From a virus: a DNA stretch of 60,167 nucleotides. Positions within the stretch are counted from its first letter, which is position 1; every line of letters begins with the position of its first letter. The stretch is from IMG/VR virus record IMGVR_UViG_3300045227_000003; one strand, written 5' to 3'. This document shows, piece by piece, positions 16,343-24,330 of this stretch. The translations under genes were made by a program, and so were the position numbers. The notes below the pieces were generated by a model, which was not told where the DNA came from, did not search any database, and saw only the letters and a list, made by a program, of their open reading frames with translations.

Positions 16343-16717
16343 ATGAGCAATACTTACCCCGGCGTAGCCCCGGCTGCGCTTACAGCGGCGATGATGACCA
16401 CCGAGCAAGACGTCGAGCTGCCATCCCGCGTGCGTGCGCACAGCGTGGTGGGCAACCTGATTGCACTGAAAGTTGGCGAGGTCTTCACCCTGTCCCAAGA
16501 GCTGCCAGTCGAGCGGGCACTGAAACAGGTACAGGACGAGGCCAACGCGATGAAGGCCAAGATCCGGGCCAGCCTCAATTCATCCATTCGCAACGCCATG
16601 AAACACCACGGCCAGCAGTTCAGCATGGAGTCAGCGCTGATCTCCTACCCGTCTGGCCGTATGTTCATTCAGGTTGTCGTTACCTGCGTGAGCGTGGACG
16701 AAGACGACGAGGTTTAA
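16343..16717 (+). CDS. Hypothetical protein, 124 aa, acidic DDEV tail
   Basis: The ATG at 16343 follows GGAG (ORF track lists 16301). Ends in VSVDEDDEV. Confidence 0.6.
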   Translation: MSNTYPGVAPAALTAAMMTTEQDVELPSRVRAHSVVGNLIALKVGEVFTLSQELPVERALKQVQDEANAMKAKIRASLNSSIRNAMKHHGQQFSMESALISYPSGRMFIQVVVTCVSVDEDDEV

Positions 16718-16789
16718 GCCTGTAGGCCGGGTACGTCTGAAAACGGCGTACCACCCTATTACCCCTACCACCCCATAGGACGAGCACAC

Positions 16790-17260
16790 ATGAAAACTAC
16801 CCACCACCCTATCGCGTTGTCTCCGGTACGCGACATTGAGCGAAACGCTTTTGTATACCTCAAGCCGGAATCAAAAGACGGCGAGATCTACATCGAGAAA
16901 GAGAACGGCGACGTGGACATCGTTACCCCGCTGACTAAGGCGGACGCCATGTTACTGATCGCCGGGCTGAAAGAAGCCTTCGGCATCCGCGACACCGAGG
17001 ACGAGCTGCGCAGACTGCTGCAGTCCAAGGAAGACAACGTGGAGCAATACATCGAGTCGTTCACCACGACCTGCATCGCCAACGTCATGTATGAGAACGG
17101 CCTGAAAACGGCAGTCCTCACCCCGTCCCGCATCCTGTCCGGTGAAGTGCCGAACGTTGCTATCGACAACACCATCATGGGCGCGATCAAATACACCTTG
17201 TTAGGAGAACCACTGAATGTTCCATACCCAACCGACAACACCAGCGCTGATAATCAATAA
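16790..17260 (+). CDS. Hypothetical protein, 156 aa
   Basis: ORF track. Confidence 0.55.
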   Translation: MKTTHHPIALSPVRDIERNAFVYLKPESKDGEIYIEKENGDVDIVTPLTKADAMLLIAGLKEAFGIRDTEDELRRLLQSKEDNVEQYIESFTTTCIANVMYENGLKTAVLTPSRILSGEVPNVAIDNTIMGAIKYTLLGEPLNVPYPTDNTSADNQ

Positions 17261-17561
17261 CCTGATCCACGGTCGTGAGCCTATCAACGCACTACCGGCG
17301 TTCCGTTCTATCGAGACCGCCTACCGGGTCGACATCAAACTGACCCACACCGGCATTCGTGTTCGTTCGCGTGTCGGCATGGGGCAGAAGGTGTACGAGC
17401 AAGGCAACGTGGACAAGGCGGTCTACGGTAAGGCGAAGGGCCGGGCAGAGTGCGACGCACAACGGGCTTTCGTGCTCAACTTCTTGATGTGGGCGCGGGA
17501 GAACATGCCTACCGATGAAGTCAAATCAACCGTGGAGCGACTGACAGGTGGCCGACAATAA
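17217..17561 (+). CDS. Hypothetical protein, 114 aa
   Basis: ORF track. GGAGAA lies 7 nt upstream of the ATG. It overlaps the previous ORF by 44 nt. Confidence 0.45.
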   Translation: MFHTQPTTPALIINNLIHGREPINALPAFRSIETAYRVDIKLTHTGIRVRSRVGMGQKVYEQGNVDKAVYGKAKGRAECDAQRAFVLNFLMWARENMPTDEVKSTVERLTGGRQ

Positions 17562-17907
17562 AACCGTAGCCGTGATCGGCGAAGAGTACCGGCAACTGCG
17601 CGCGGTGCGCCTTGATCAGCTGATCGAGAAGACCCGCTACATGGAAGTTTGGTACGACGCGCTGGAAGAGGATGCGCAAACATTCTTTAACAGCCAACTG
17701 GCCCTACTGGAAAGCGGTACGACCCCTGACCATGAGCGCCTGTATAACCAGATCAGTGACCGGTTCGCCGAAACGATGGCAAACATCCGGTCAGCACGCG
17801 AAGCACAACGCATGGCCTGCGCCCACATCACGGCGGCTATGTACCACGGCCTTCCGGCCAACCTGATAAATATCGAGGCACTGGACAATGAAAGTAAAGA
17901 ATTTTGA
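17548..17907 (+). CDS. Hypothetical protein, 119 aa, GTG start
   Basis: ORF track. Confidence 0.45.
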   Translation: MADNKTVAVIGEEYRQLRAVRLDQLIEKTRYMEVWYDALEEDAQTFFNSQLALLESGTTPDHERLYNQISDRFAETMANIRSAREAQRMACAHITAAMYHGLPANLINIEALDNESKEF

Positions 17908-18958
17908 CAAGCTGGTGGCGCTGCACCTCGGCGCACTGTATGACGCGGCCAACGATAACAGCGAGAAGGTGACACCGTTCCACCGCCTGCTGTTGAGCAC
18001 GCCAGACATGGATGAAGAGACCATCCATAAATTCGCGACCAAAACCCTGTCCGATAAGTTGAAACCCGAGGCGATCACTGACCCGGCAGAAGCGTCGTAC
18101 TCGTCTATGGGCTTCGCACCGTTCAGCGAGGAAGTCGGCAACACGTTCGCCCTATCCATCCCGGGCACGAAAGCCATCGTCCTGCAGGTCGAGAAGCGCG
18201 AGCGTGTATTGCCGGGCGTGAGCGTCCGTAACGCCGTGGTAGAGCGTATGAAGGCGCTGCAGGCCAAAGAGATCGACGGCTGGACGCCGACCCGGAAGGA
18301 TTGGGCCGAGCTGAAAGAGGACGTCGAAGCCAACATGCTGAAAACCGCGCCGATCCGTCCGTCCAAGATCTTCATCATGCTGTCCATGCCATACGTGTTC
18401 GTGTTCACCAGCAGCGCCAAGAACGCCGAAGCCTGCACGGCCATGCTGCGTAAAGCCGTGGGCACCTTCCCTACCGAAAGCCTGCTGATCGACGAGTACA
18501 GCCTACGCCAGTTCATGAAAGGCGTGGTGGCGAAGAAGTACAGCGACTACGAGCCTGACCACTACGTCCACGTTAAGCACGAAGACGGCGACGACGTGAA
18601 GGTCAAGGACATCGACATCGGCAACTGTACGATGGTCAACGACCTACTGGACAACGACTACACGCCTCGCGCGCTGGACTTCTCGGTCGACACCCAGACC
18701 ATCGGCATTGACCGCGTGTGGCTGCGCCTGACCGATAAGGCCATCGTATCCGGGCTGCATATCGGCGAGGCTGACGTTGACGCCAACTACGACGCCACGC
18801 TGGAACACTACGGCACTGACGGCGGGCTGTTCCTGTCCATGATGGCTAACCTGTTCCAGCTCGACAAGTCCCTCCACGCGCTGTTCCGCTCACTGGATGA
18901 AACCGGCGAGATCGTGGTCGAGTACACGGCCACACTGGAAGATGACGACGAGGTTTAA
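17888..18958 (+). CDS. RdgC-like recombination-associated protein with DDEV tail
   Basis: 356 aa. The stretch IVLQVEKRERVLPGVSV...TRKDWAELKEDVEANMLKTAPIRPS...TSSAKNAEACTAMLRKAVGTFP runs parallel to E. coli RdgC as I remember it: ICARKEEKILPSPVI...[21 protein letters not shown]...[22 protein letters not shown]. Ends in LEDDDEV. Confidence 0.55.
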   Translation: MKVKNFDKLVALHLGALYDAANDNSEKVTPFHRLLLSTPDMDEETIHKFATKTLSDKLKPEAITDPAEASYSSMGFAPFSEEVGNTFALSIPGTKAIVLQVEKRERVLPGVSVRNAVVERMKALQAKEIDGWTPTRKDWAELKEDVEANMLKTAPIRPSKIFIMLSMPYVFVFTSSAKNAEACTAMLRKAVGTFPTESLLIDEYSLRQFMKGVVAKKYSDYEPDHYVHVKHEDGDDVKVKDIDIGNCTMVNDLLDNDYTPRALDFSVDTQTIGIDRVWLRLTDKAIVSGLHIGEADVDANYDATLEHYGTDGGLFLSMMANLFQLDKSLHALFRSLDETGEIVVEYTATLEDDDEV

Positions 18959-18960
18959 CG

Positions 18961-19170
18961 ATGGATAGCGACCTGCAGAAGCAACACGAAAAACTGCTGG
19001 ACGGGATGAAAGAAGGCGAGTCCTTCTTCATTCCAGACGTTAAGCCGGATCAGCTCGGCTACGTGCGCCGCCTTGGGTACAAGCTGGGCCTGAAACTATC
19101 AATCCGCTACACCCTGAAAGACCCGATCTACGGGAAGATGGGCACCCGCGTGCGTCGCGAGAAGGAATGA
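18961..19170 (+). CDS. Hypothetical protein, 69 aa
   Basis: ORF track. Confidence 0.5.
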   Translation: MDSDLQKQHEKLLDGMKEGESFFIPDVKPDQLGYVRRLGYKLGLKLSIRYTLKDPIYGKMGTRVRREKE

Positions 19171-19448
19171 GTATGGGCGCGTATGGCTCTAAGCTGGTAA
19201 CACGTTACTGGCAGGACAAGAAATCGGCGCAGGTCATCATGACTCGCCAACCGGATAACTATAAGCCATCACAAGAATGGTTCATCTATTTCCGCGAGGT
19301 GCGACTGCTGCGCCACCCGGAAAGTGATAGTGTATTCGCCGAGGATGTGGGCACCTGTCTATCGGCACTGGATAACCCGGAGGTCGTCGAGATCGATCTG
19401 GAAGATTATAATTACTGGAATCTCATTTACAGCAACCCGGACATATGA
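19167..19448 (+). CDS. Hypothetical protein, 93 aa
   Basis: ORF track. It has a 4-nt overlap with the previous gene. Confidence 0.5.
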   Translation: MSMGAYGSKLVTRYWQDKKSAQVIMTRQPDNYKPSQEWFIYFREVRLLRHPESDSVFAEDVGTCLSALDNPEVVEIDLEDYNYWNLIYSNPDI

Positions 19449-19537
19449 TTTACTTGGGCCAAGGCATAGTGTGCTCGCGTGTCTTTGTCCTGTTGTTCGG
19501 AACGTTGCCAGCGGTGTCTTCGCGCCGCAATTCACAG

Positions 19538-19570
19538 CCCGCCTATCTGTTTTGAGGCGGGTTTCTTTTT
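19538..19570 (+). terminator. Intrinsic terminator
   Basis: cccgcct-atctgttttg-aggcggg followed by tttcttttt. Confidence 0.8.
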
Positions 19571-19586
19571 GCCCCTATAAATGTGT

Positions 19587-19615
19587 TTGACATACGCGGC
19601 GTGTGTAGCTAAGAT
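19587..19615 (+). promoter_or_regulatory. Phage promoter-family member, plus strand
   Basis: TTGACA-tacgcggcgtgtgtagc-TAAGAT with a 17-nt spacer. Confidence 0.75.
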
Positions 19616-19647
19616 TCCTGTGTTCCCATAACAGCAGGACTACAACG

Positions 19648-20394
19648 ATGAAACACCCAACGCCCTTGTTTGCCCCGTTTAACCAACTCCTGATCGGCAA
19701 AAGCCCGATTTACATCTTCCCCCTGCCATACGGGCCACGCGCGGTAATCTCATGTGACGGCTGCGACGTGTCTGTATTCGTTGACGAGTACGGCGGCCGC
19801 AAAGACATCACCGGTTTCGCCCCAAGCCTAGAAGACCAGATCCTCCGCCTGTATGCGGCCATGTTCTCCGAGCCTAACCCGAAGTACACGAAGAACGGCA
19901 CGCAGGTCGTGTTCCCGACTTTGGTGTTCGACGTCATCCTGTCCGACGCAGCCGAGGCAGAAGACACGGACGGCAGCGCAGACGCGTTAATGGAGCACCT
20001 GTCCAACTTTGACGATTTAGGCGCGCCAGCACCGACTGGCAGCGTTAGCGCCTTGGTTCTGTGCGTCATGTTGGAGGAAGAGTTTAAGAATGGCCGCACC
20101 ACACACGATATCTGGTGGCAACGCTCATGGCTGATCCGTGGCCTCATGAAGATCGGAATGGGCAATCCTTACAGTTACCCTCGCCCGGAGATCAAGCCGC
20201 TGACACAATCGCCGCGTGAGTGGCGCTTCGAGTACAACGGTATCGCCTCCGACCTGCCGGACGTGTGTTGGAACATGATCTACAACTGCTTCAAGCGCCA
20301 GTATGCCGGGGCGCTAATCGTGGACGTCTGGCAGGGCTGGAAGGCCCGGGGCGACGCTTACCGTGTTCTCTATGAGGATGATGTTGAACTATGA
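19648..20394 (+). CDS. Hypothetical protein, 248 aa
   Basis: ORF track. Ends in the near-tag YEDDVEL. No family recognised. Confidence 0.6.
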   Translation: MKHPTPLFAPFNQLLIGKSPIYIFPLPYGPRAVISCDGCDVSVFVDEYGGRKDITGFAPSLEDQILRLYAAMFSEPNPKYTKNGTQVVFPTLVFDVILSDAAEAEDTDGSADALMEHLSNFDDLGAPAPTGSVSALVLCVMLEEEFKNGRTTHDIWWQRSWLIRGLMKIGMGNPYSYPRPEIKPLTQSPREWRFEYNGIASDLPDVCWNMIYNCFKRQYAGALIVDVWQGWKARGDAYRVLYEDDVEL

Positions 20395-21011
20395 GCCTAC
20401 AACACAAAAACATCGTGCGGATGCAGGAAGAGTACCTATGCACGTTCTGCGGCAAGTCGTGGGACGTGAATGACGCCGAGCCACCAGCCTGTTCCGTCGA
20501 GCAAGTCGAAGCCACGGTTCGTACGGTTGAGCGCAGGACTTGGCGCAGCGCAACGGTACCATCGCTGCAAAACCTGCCCAAGTCGACCCCAACGCGGCCC
20601 GTAAGTACCGTGGCATTTAGGCCCGCTGGGTACTCGTACGATCCGCCAGTCGACCCGGCGTTTCTCAACTACATGATGCACGACCTGAAAAACTCGCAGC
20701 CATTGGTGCCGGTGGCCTACCTGATCTACATAGACAGCGGGTACGGCACGATTATCTATGGCGATTCCATCACGAACACCATTCAGTTCTTTGAGCGTAC
20801 GATGGGCCACATGCTGACGATGGAACAGCTCTACAGCATAGGCATCCACCGCTTTGCAGCAATGGATAAATACTGCACCGGGCGATCACCTCGGGTCGAA
20901 ATGAACCCGTCGGTCATGGCCGAGGCGAGTAGCCGGGCCACCAACTCCGGCAAGCAATACAACGTCGTTAACATCACCACTTTCGTATCCAAATTAAAGG
21001 GCCAAAAATGA
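20391..21011 (+). CDS. Hypothetical protein, 206 aa
   Basis: ORF track. It has a CTFCGKSW...PPAC Cys pattern near the N-terminus and 4-nt overlaps on both sides. Confidence 0.55.
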   Translation: MSLQHKNIVRMQEEYLCTFCGKSWDVNDAEPPACSVEQVEATVRTVERRTWRSATVPSLQNLPKSTPTRPVSTVAFRPAGYSYDPPVDPAFLNYMMHDLKNSQPLVPVAYLIYIDSGYGTIIYGDSITNTIQFFERTMGHMLTMEQLYSIGIHRFAAMDKYCTGRSPRVEMNPSVMAEASSRATNSGKQYNVVNITTFVSKLKGQK

Positions 21012-22192
21012 GCGAGCAAAAACTGACATACATCACTACCCCGGCAGAGATCCGCACCTTCCTGAACATGGCGCTGGACGCCGGACTACAGCCGAACGCG
21101 AGCGGCCTGCACATCGTGGCCGAAGAGTTCCTGATTAAAGAATGCAAGGTTCCATTGGAAAACATCATGCAGGTGACAGGCGTGAAGGTCATTGAAGGCC
21201 CGAACAACGGCCTGCCGGAGCACATCACAATCGAGTGGGATCGAACCCCACGCATCAGTGTAGCCCCGACCCCGGCGCAAGAGACTGCATGGAGCCGTGA
21301 ACAGGCGGACTACATCATCAAAGAGATCGTTGGGCAGCTCCGCAAGCCACGCGCCACGTCGAACCCGGAATTCACTATCAGCATGACACCGCGAGAAACG
21401 GGAATGAGCGAAGCCTTTGCCGCCCCATACGGCCTGAGCACCATGCCGCGCATGTCCGTTGAGGATGCCTTGCGCCAGTTCGGTCGTGCCGCGAGCAAGA
21501 TATCCGACGCTACTGCAAGTAACTTCGAGAAGTTGGCCGAGCACTTCGACGAAATGGAGTTTAAGCGTGTGGCCGGAGTCTCCCCGGAAGAGTGGGCGGC
21601 GAAGGTCGACGAACTAGACAGCGCCAAGGCCACCATCACCAGTCTGCAGATCCAAATGGAAGAGTCCCGCCGCAACCATGCCGAGGACATTGCCGAGTAT
21701 GAGCGCAAGGTCAAGATGTTGCAGGTCGATAAGGACACCATGCGGGCCACGTCCAAGTCGATCCGCGACACCTACCGCCATGCCCCACGGACATGCAGCG
21801 TAAGCGCGATATGGGCCGAGCTGTTCTACATGAACCCTATCACCGCGCGCTGGATCATTGAGTCCGCCTACAAGCTGTTCAACGTCGCCATACCGGATAA
21901 CGGTTTCGATGTCGATGTCCGTCAGGCGAAGAAAGACCTGCCGACGGCGGCGATGCACTACATCCACGGCATGTGTGACAACCTCATGATCGTGCCGGTG
22001 CCGAAGCCTGTAACGCGCCAGATGTTGAAGACGGCAATGACCATGCTGGTGCAAAAAATCGGCCACGATGAAGCGCTGGCGCTGCTGACCCGCCAAACTG
22101 GGGCAGGCCGCATAGATCAGGTTCCTGACGATCAGGTCGAACCGCTGTATCATGCCGCCATCACCGCCACGCACAACGAGGATTTCATTTAA
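21008..22192 (+). CDS. Hypothetical protein, 394 aa
   Basis: ORF track. The central segment is coiled-coil-like (ITSLQIQMEESRRNHAEDIAEYERKVKMLQVDKD). Confidence 0.6.
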   Translation: MSEQKLTYITTPAEIRTFLNMALDAGLQPNASGLHIVAEEFLIKECKVPLENIMQVTGVKVIEGPNNGLPEHITIEWDRTPRISVAPTPAQETAWSREQADYIIKEIVGQLRKPRATSNPEFTISMTPRETGMSEAFAAPYGLSTMPRMSVEDALRQFGRAASKISDATASNFEKLAEHFDEMEFKRVAGVSPEEWAAKVDELDSAKATITSLQIQMEESRRNHAEDIAEYERKVKMLQVDKDTMRATSKSIRDTYRHAPRTCSVSAIWAELFYMNPITARWIIESAYKLFNVAIPDNGFDVDVRQAKKDLPTAAMHYIHGMCDNLMIVPVPKPVTRQMLKTAMTMLVQKIGHDEALALLTRQTGAGRIDQVPDDQVEPLYHAAITATHNEDFI

Positions 22193-22878
22193 TGAGCGAG
22201 TACCTTGACCACCTGAACAACCTGAAAGCCCGGCTCGAACATGAGCCGAAGGAGATTGGCGACCAATGGCGCACCCCGGAATGGCTGTTTCAGGCGATTA
22301 ACCACCTGTACGGGCCTATCGTGCTCGACCTGTTTACCGACGGCCAGAATGCCAAATGCCCGCGTTTCTTCACCGCCGAGGATAACGCGCTGCAGCAGGA
22401 TTGGGCCGGTAAACTGCAGGCGATCCACGCCGAGATAGGGGCCGACCCTTGCGAAATGGTATGGGGCTACGCGAACCCGCCATACAGCCAGAAGCGCGCC
22501 GGGAAGGAACCGCTGACCGGGATGACCCACATCATGCGCAAGGCGGACGAGGAACGTAAGCGCGGCGCGGGCACCATATGGCTAACCAAGTCCGCCACGT
22601 CCGAAAGCTGGTGGCCCGACGAGACCGCGACCCGGATCATCTTCATCAAAGGCCGCATCGGTTTCGAGCCGCCGGTCTGGTTCAACGCCAAGGCAGGCAG
22701 CAGCGAGATCACCGGGGCCGGGTTCGGCGCGTCCATCATGGTGTTCGACCCATGCGACGACCGCATCTACCCGAACGAGTACGTCAGCCGGGAGTACCTG
22801 CTGGAGATTGGGTCGAAACTGGCGGACATCAGTCAGGCCGAACGTGACGCGTGGATCGCGTTATGGGATGAAATCTAG
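22192..22878 (+). CDS. Phage Dam-type DNA N6-adenine methyltransferase
   Basis: DQWRTPEWLF, LDLFTDGQNAKCPRFFT and GYANPPYS match the phage N-6-adenine methyltransferase layout. Confidence 0.7.
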   Translation: MSEYLDHLNNLKARLEHEPKEIGDQWRTPEWLFQAINHLYGPIVLDLFTDGQNAKCPRFFTAEDNALQQDWAGKLQAIHAEIGADPCEMVWGYANPPYSQKRAGKEPLTGMTHIMRKADEERKRGAGTIWLTKSATSESWWPDETATRIIFIKGRIGFEPPVWFNAKAGSSEITGAGFGASIMVFDPCDDRIYPNEYVSREYLLEIGSKLADISQAERDAWIALWDEI

Positions 22879-22887
22879 AGAAAGCGT

Positions 22888-22916
22888 TTGACACACGCCG
22901 CATGTACAACTAACAT
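22888..22916 (+). promoter_or_regulatory. Phage promoter-family member, plus strand
   Basis: TTGACA-cacgccgcatgtacaac-TAACAT with a 17-nt spacer. Confidence 0.7.
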
Positions 22917-22918
22917 TA

Positions 22919-22952
22919 CTCCCGAAGGCCAACAAACCAACGGGAGTTTTTT
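22919..22952 (+). terminator. Intrinsic terminator starting 2 nt after the -10 of the promoter above
   Basis: ctcccg-(16-nt loop)-cgggag followed by tttttt, with the ATG at 22953. The right arm GGGAG also serves as the Shine-Dalgarno sequence. Confidence 0.65.
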
Positions 22953-23909
22953 ATGTCTGAGAATCAAGTGTTAGTCAAGATCCCTGCCGGGCTGCACCCG
23001 GATACCACCGCCGAGCTGCAGAAGGTCGTGGCGGTAATGGCGGAGAGCCTAATGGAGAAGCAGCGCGGAGGCACCCCGCCGCTGTCATGGATGGCAGATA
23101 ATTGGGAGGCTGATTGTGCCCGTAAGATCCAGAAGTGCATCCATGAATCCCGCTATGCGGACGCCATGAACTACCTCATGTTCGCCCGCCACCACGGCTT
23201 TAACCTCCGCCTCAAGTCGTCGTCGGCGGTGCCGTACCACGTCAGTCTGTGCAACCTGCTAGGCATCCAAGCCGACTGCACCACCGACGAGGTATCCAAG
23301 GTGATCGCCTGCGCCATTCAGTCTAAGGGGAAAGCCGCCGCGTTTAGAACCGACCTACTAAAGCTCCTAGGCTACGGCGGTAGCGACTGGACAGACGCGG
23401 CGATCCTGCACGACATCGCGGAGTTGAAGAAACGCCAAGATGTCCATACGGCGCTTAAAATGTTCCAAGAGGTGATGTTGCAAGAGTTGAAAATCGACCT
23501 TAGCCAATATCCAACCGACCAAGAATTGATCCTCGCCGCCCGCGATAGACTGCGTGCATCTATGCCGGTGGCAAACTCCTGCCCGACCACGGCGTACGTC
23601 TTCCAGTCAGTCAAGGATCAGGAGGACTATTCTGATTTACTGGCGGTATTACTTGGCGCACTGGATCAAGCCGCGTACGGTAAAGGCCGTGAACGTCACG
23701 CCAACGACGCCCCCTTTGCCGAACAGCCTATGCAGGCTATTTCAGACCTACTCGCGTCGCCGCTTGGCATGGCCTATCAGGTGGCTAAGAAGGTCGTTGA
23801 GGCGACAAACATGCCGTCCATTGAACAGCAGGAAAGGGAGTTGTTCGGGGCGATCAATTATACTGCCGGGATGATAATCTGGCTGCGCCGCCACAATAAG
23901 GCGCAATAA
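22953..23909 (+). CDS. Hypothetical protein, 318 aa, possible dNTP pyrophosphohydrolase-like C-terminal domain
   Basis: The C-terminal AYGKGRERHANDAPFAEQPMQ...AYQVAKKVVEA...ELFGAINY resembles, from memory, the phage dATP/dGTP diphosphohydrolase-type helical domain. The functional call is weak. Confidence 0.6.
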   Translation: MSENQVLVKIPAGLHPDTTAELQKVVAVMAESLMEKQRGGTPPLSWMADNWEADCARKIQKCIHESRYADAMNYLMFARHHGFNLRLKSSSAVPYHVSLCNLLGIQADCTTDEVSKVIACAIQSKGKAAAFRTDLLKLLGYGGSDWTDAAILHDIAELKKRQDVHTALKMFQEVMLQELKIDLSQYPTDQELILAARDRLRASMPVANSCPTTAYVFQSVKDQEDYSDLLAVLLGALDQAAYGKGRERHANDAPFAEQPMQAISDLLASPLGMAYQVAKKVVEATNMPSIEQQERELFGAINYTAGMIIWLRRHNKAQ

Positions 23910-23925
23910 ACCATCAGGGGATACC

Positions 23926-24117
23926 ATGAAAAAGATTGCTGCGTTAGTCCTGTTCACTGTGATTATGTTCTTCGTTCTGTTCGTACTGGTGTGGGTTGGC
24001 GCGGCAATCCGCTGCAGTGATGTCCAAGAACAAACGGAAGTATCCACCAAATACAGCCCGCTATCCGGTTGCTACTGGTTCGTTGGCGGGAAATGGAAAC
24101 CTTTACCTTGGGAGTAA
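23926..24117 (+). CDS. Small membrane protein, 63 aa
   Basis: N-terminal TM helix ALVLFTVIMFFVLFVLVWVGAAI. Confidence 0.5.
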   Translation: MKKIAALVLFTVIMFFVLFVLVWVGAAIRCSDVQEQTEVSTKYSPLSGCYWFVGGKWKPLPWE

Positions 24118-24123
24118 CTATCC

Positions 24124-24330
24124 ATGTCATGCAAATGTGAAGAACGTCAGAAGCCAGTGGCCGACCGCGCGTGGTTTATCATGAACTACCGCTGCAATTA
24201 CAGCTCATTTAACGGTGGCCGCCGGGCCACGTCGGACTACAGCGAGATCTGCTGCCATGTATGTCGCTGTGTCTGGCGCACGAAAGCCGGGTACGTCGAG
24301 ACCCTGCGCCAGAAAGGGAAGAAGCTATGA
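24124..24330 (+). CDS. Cys-rich small protein, 68 aa
   Basis: Has CKC, RCN and CCHVCRC, a zinc-binding-like pattern. Its stop overlaps the next ATG (ATGA). Confidence 0.5.
   Translation: MSCKCEERQKPVADRAWFIMNYRCNYSSFNGGRRATSDYSEICCHVCRCVWRTKAGYVETLRQKGKKL

Noticed and set aside
16007-16498. ORFs 16007..16207 (+) and 16151..16498 (-)
   Set aside because: They read through the 27-bp repeat array. The repeated peptide LLQKPSRLL is a DNA-repeat artefact. The second ORF is also antisense to promoter 16272 and to the gene at 16343.
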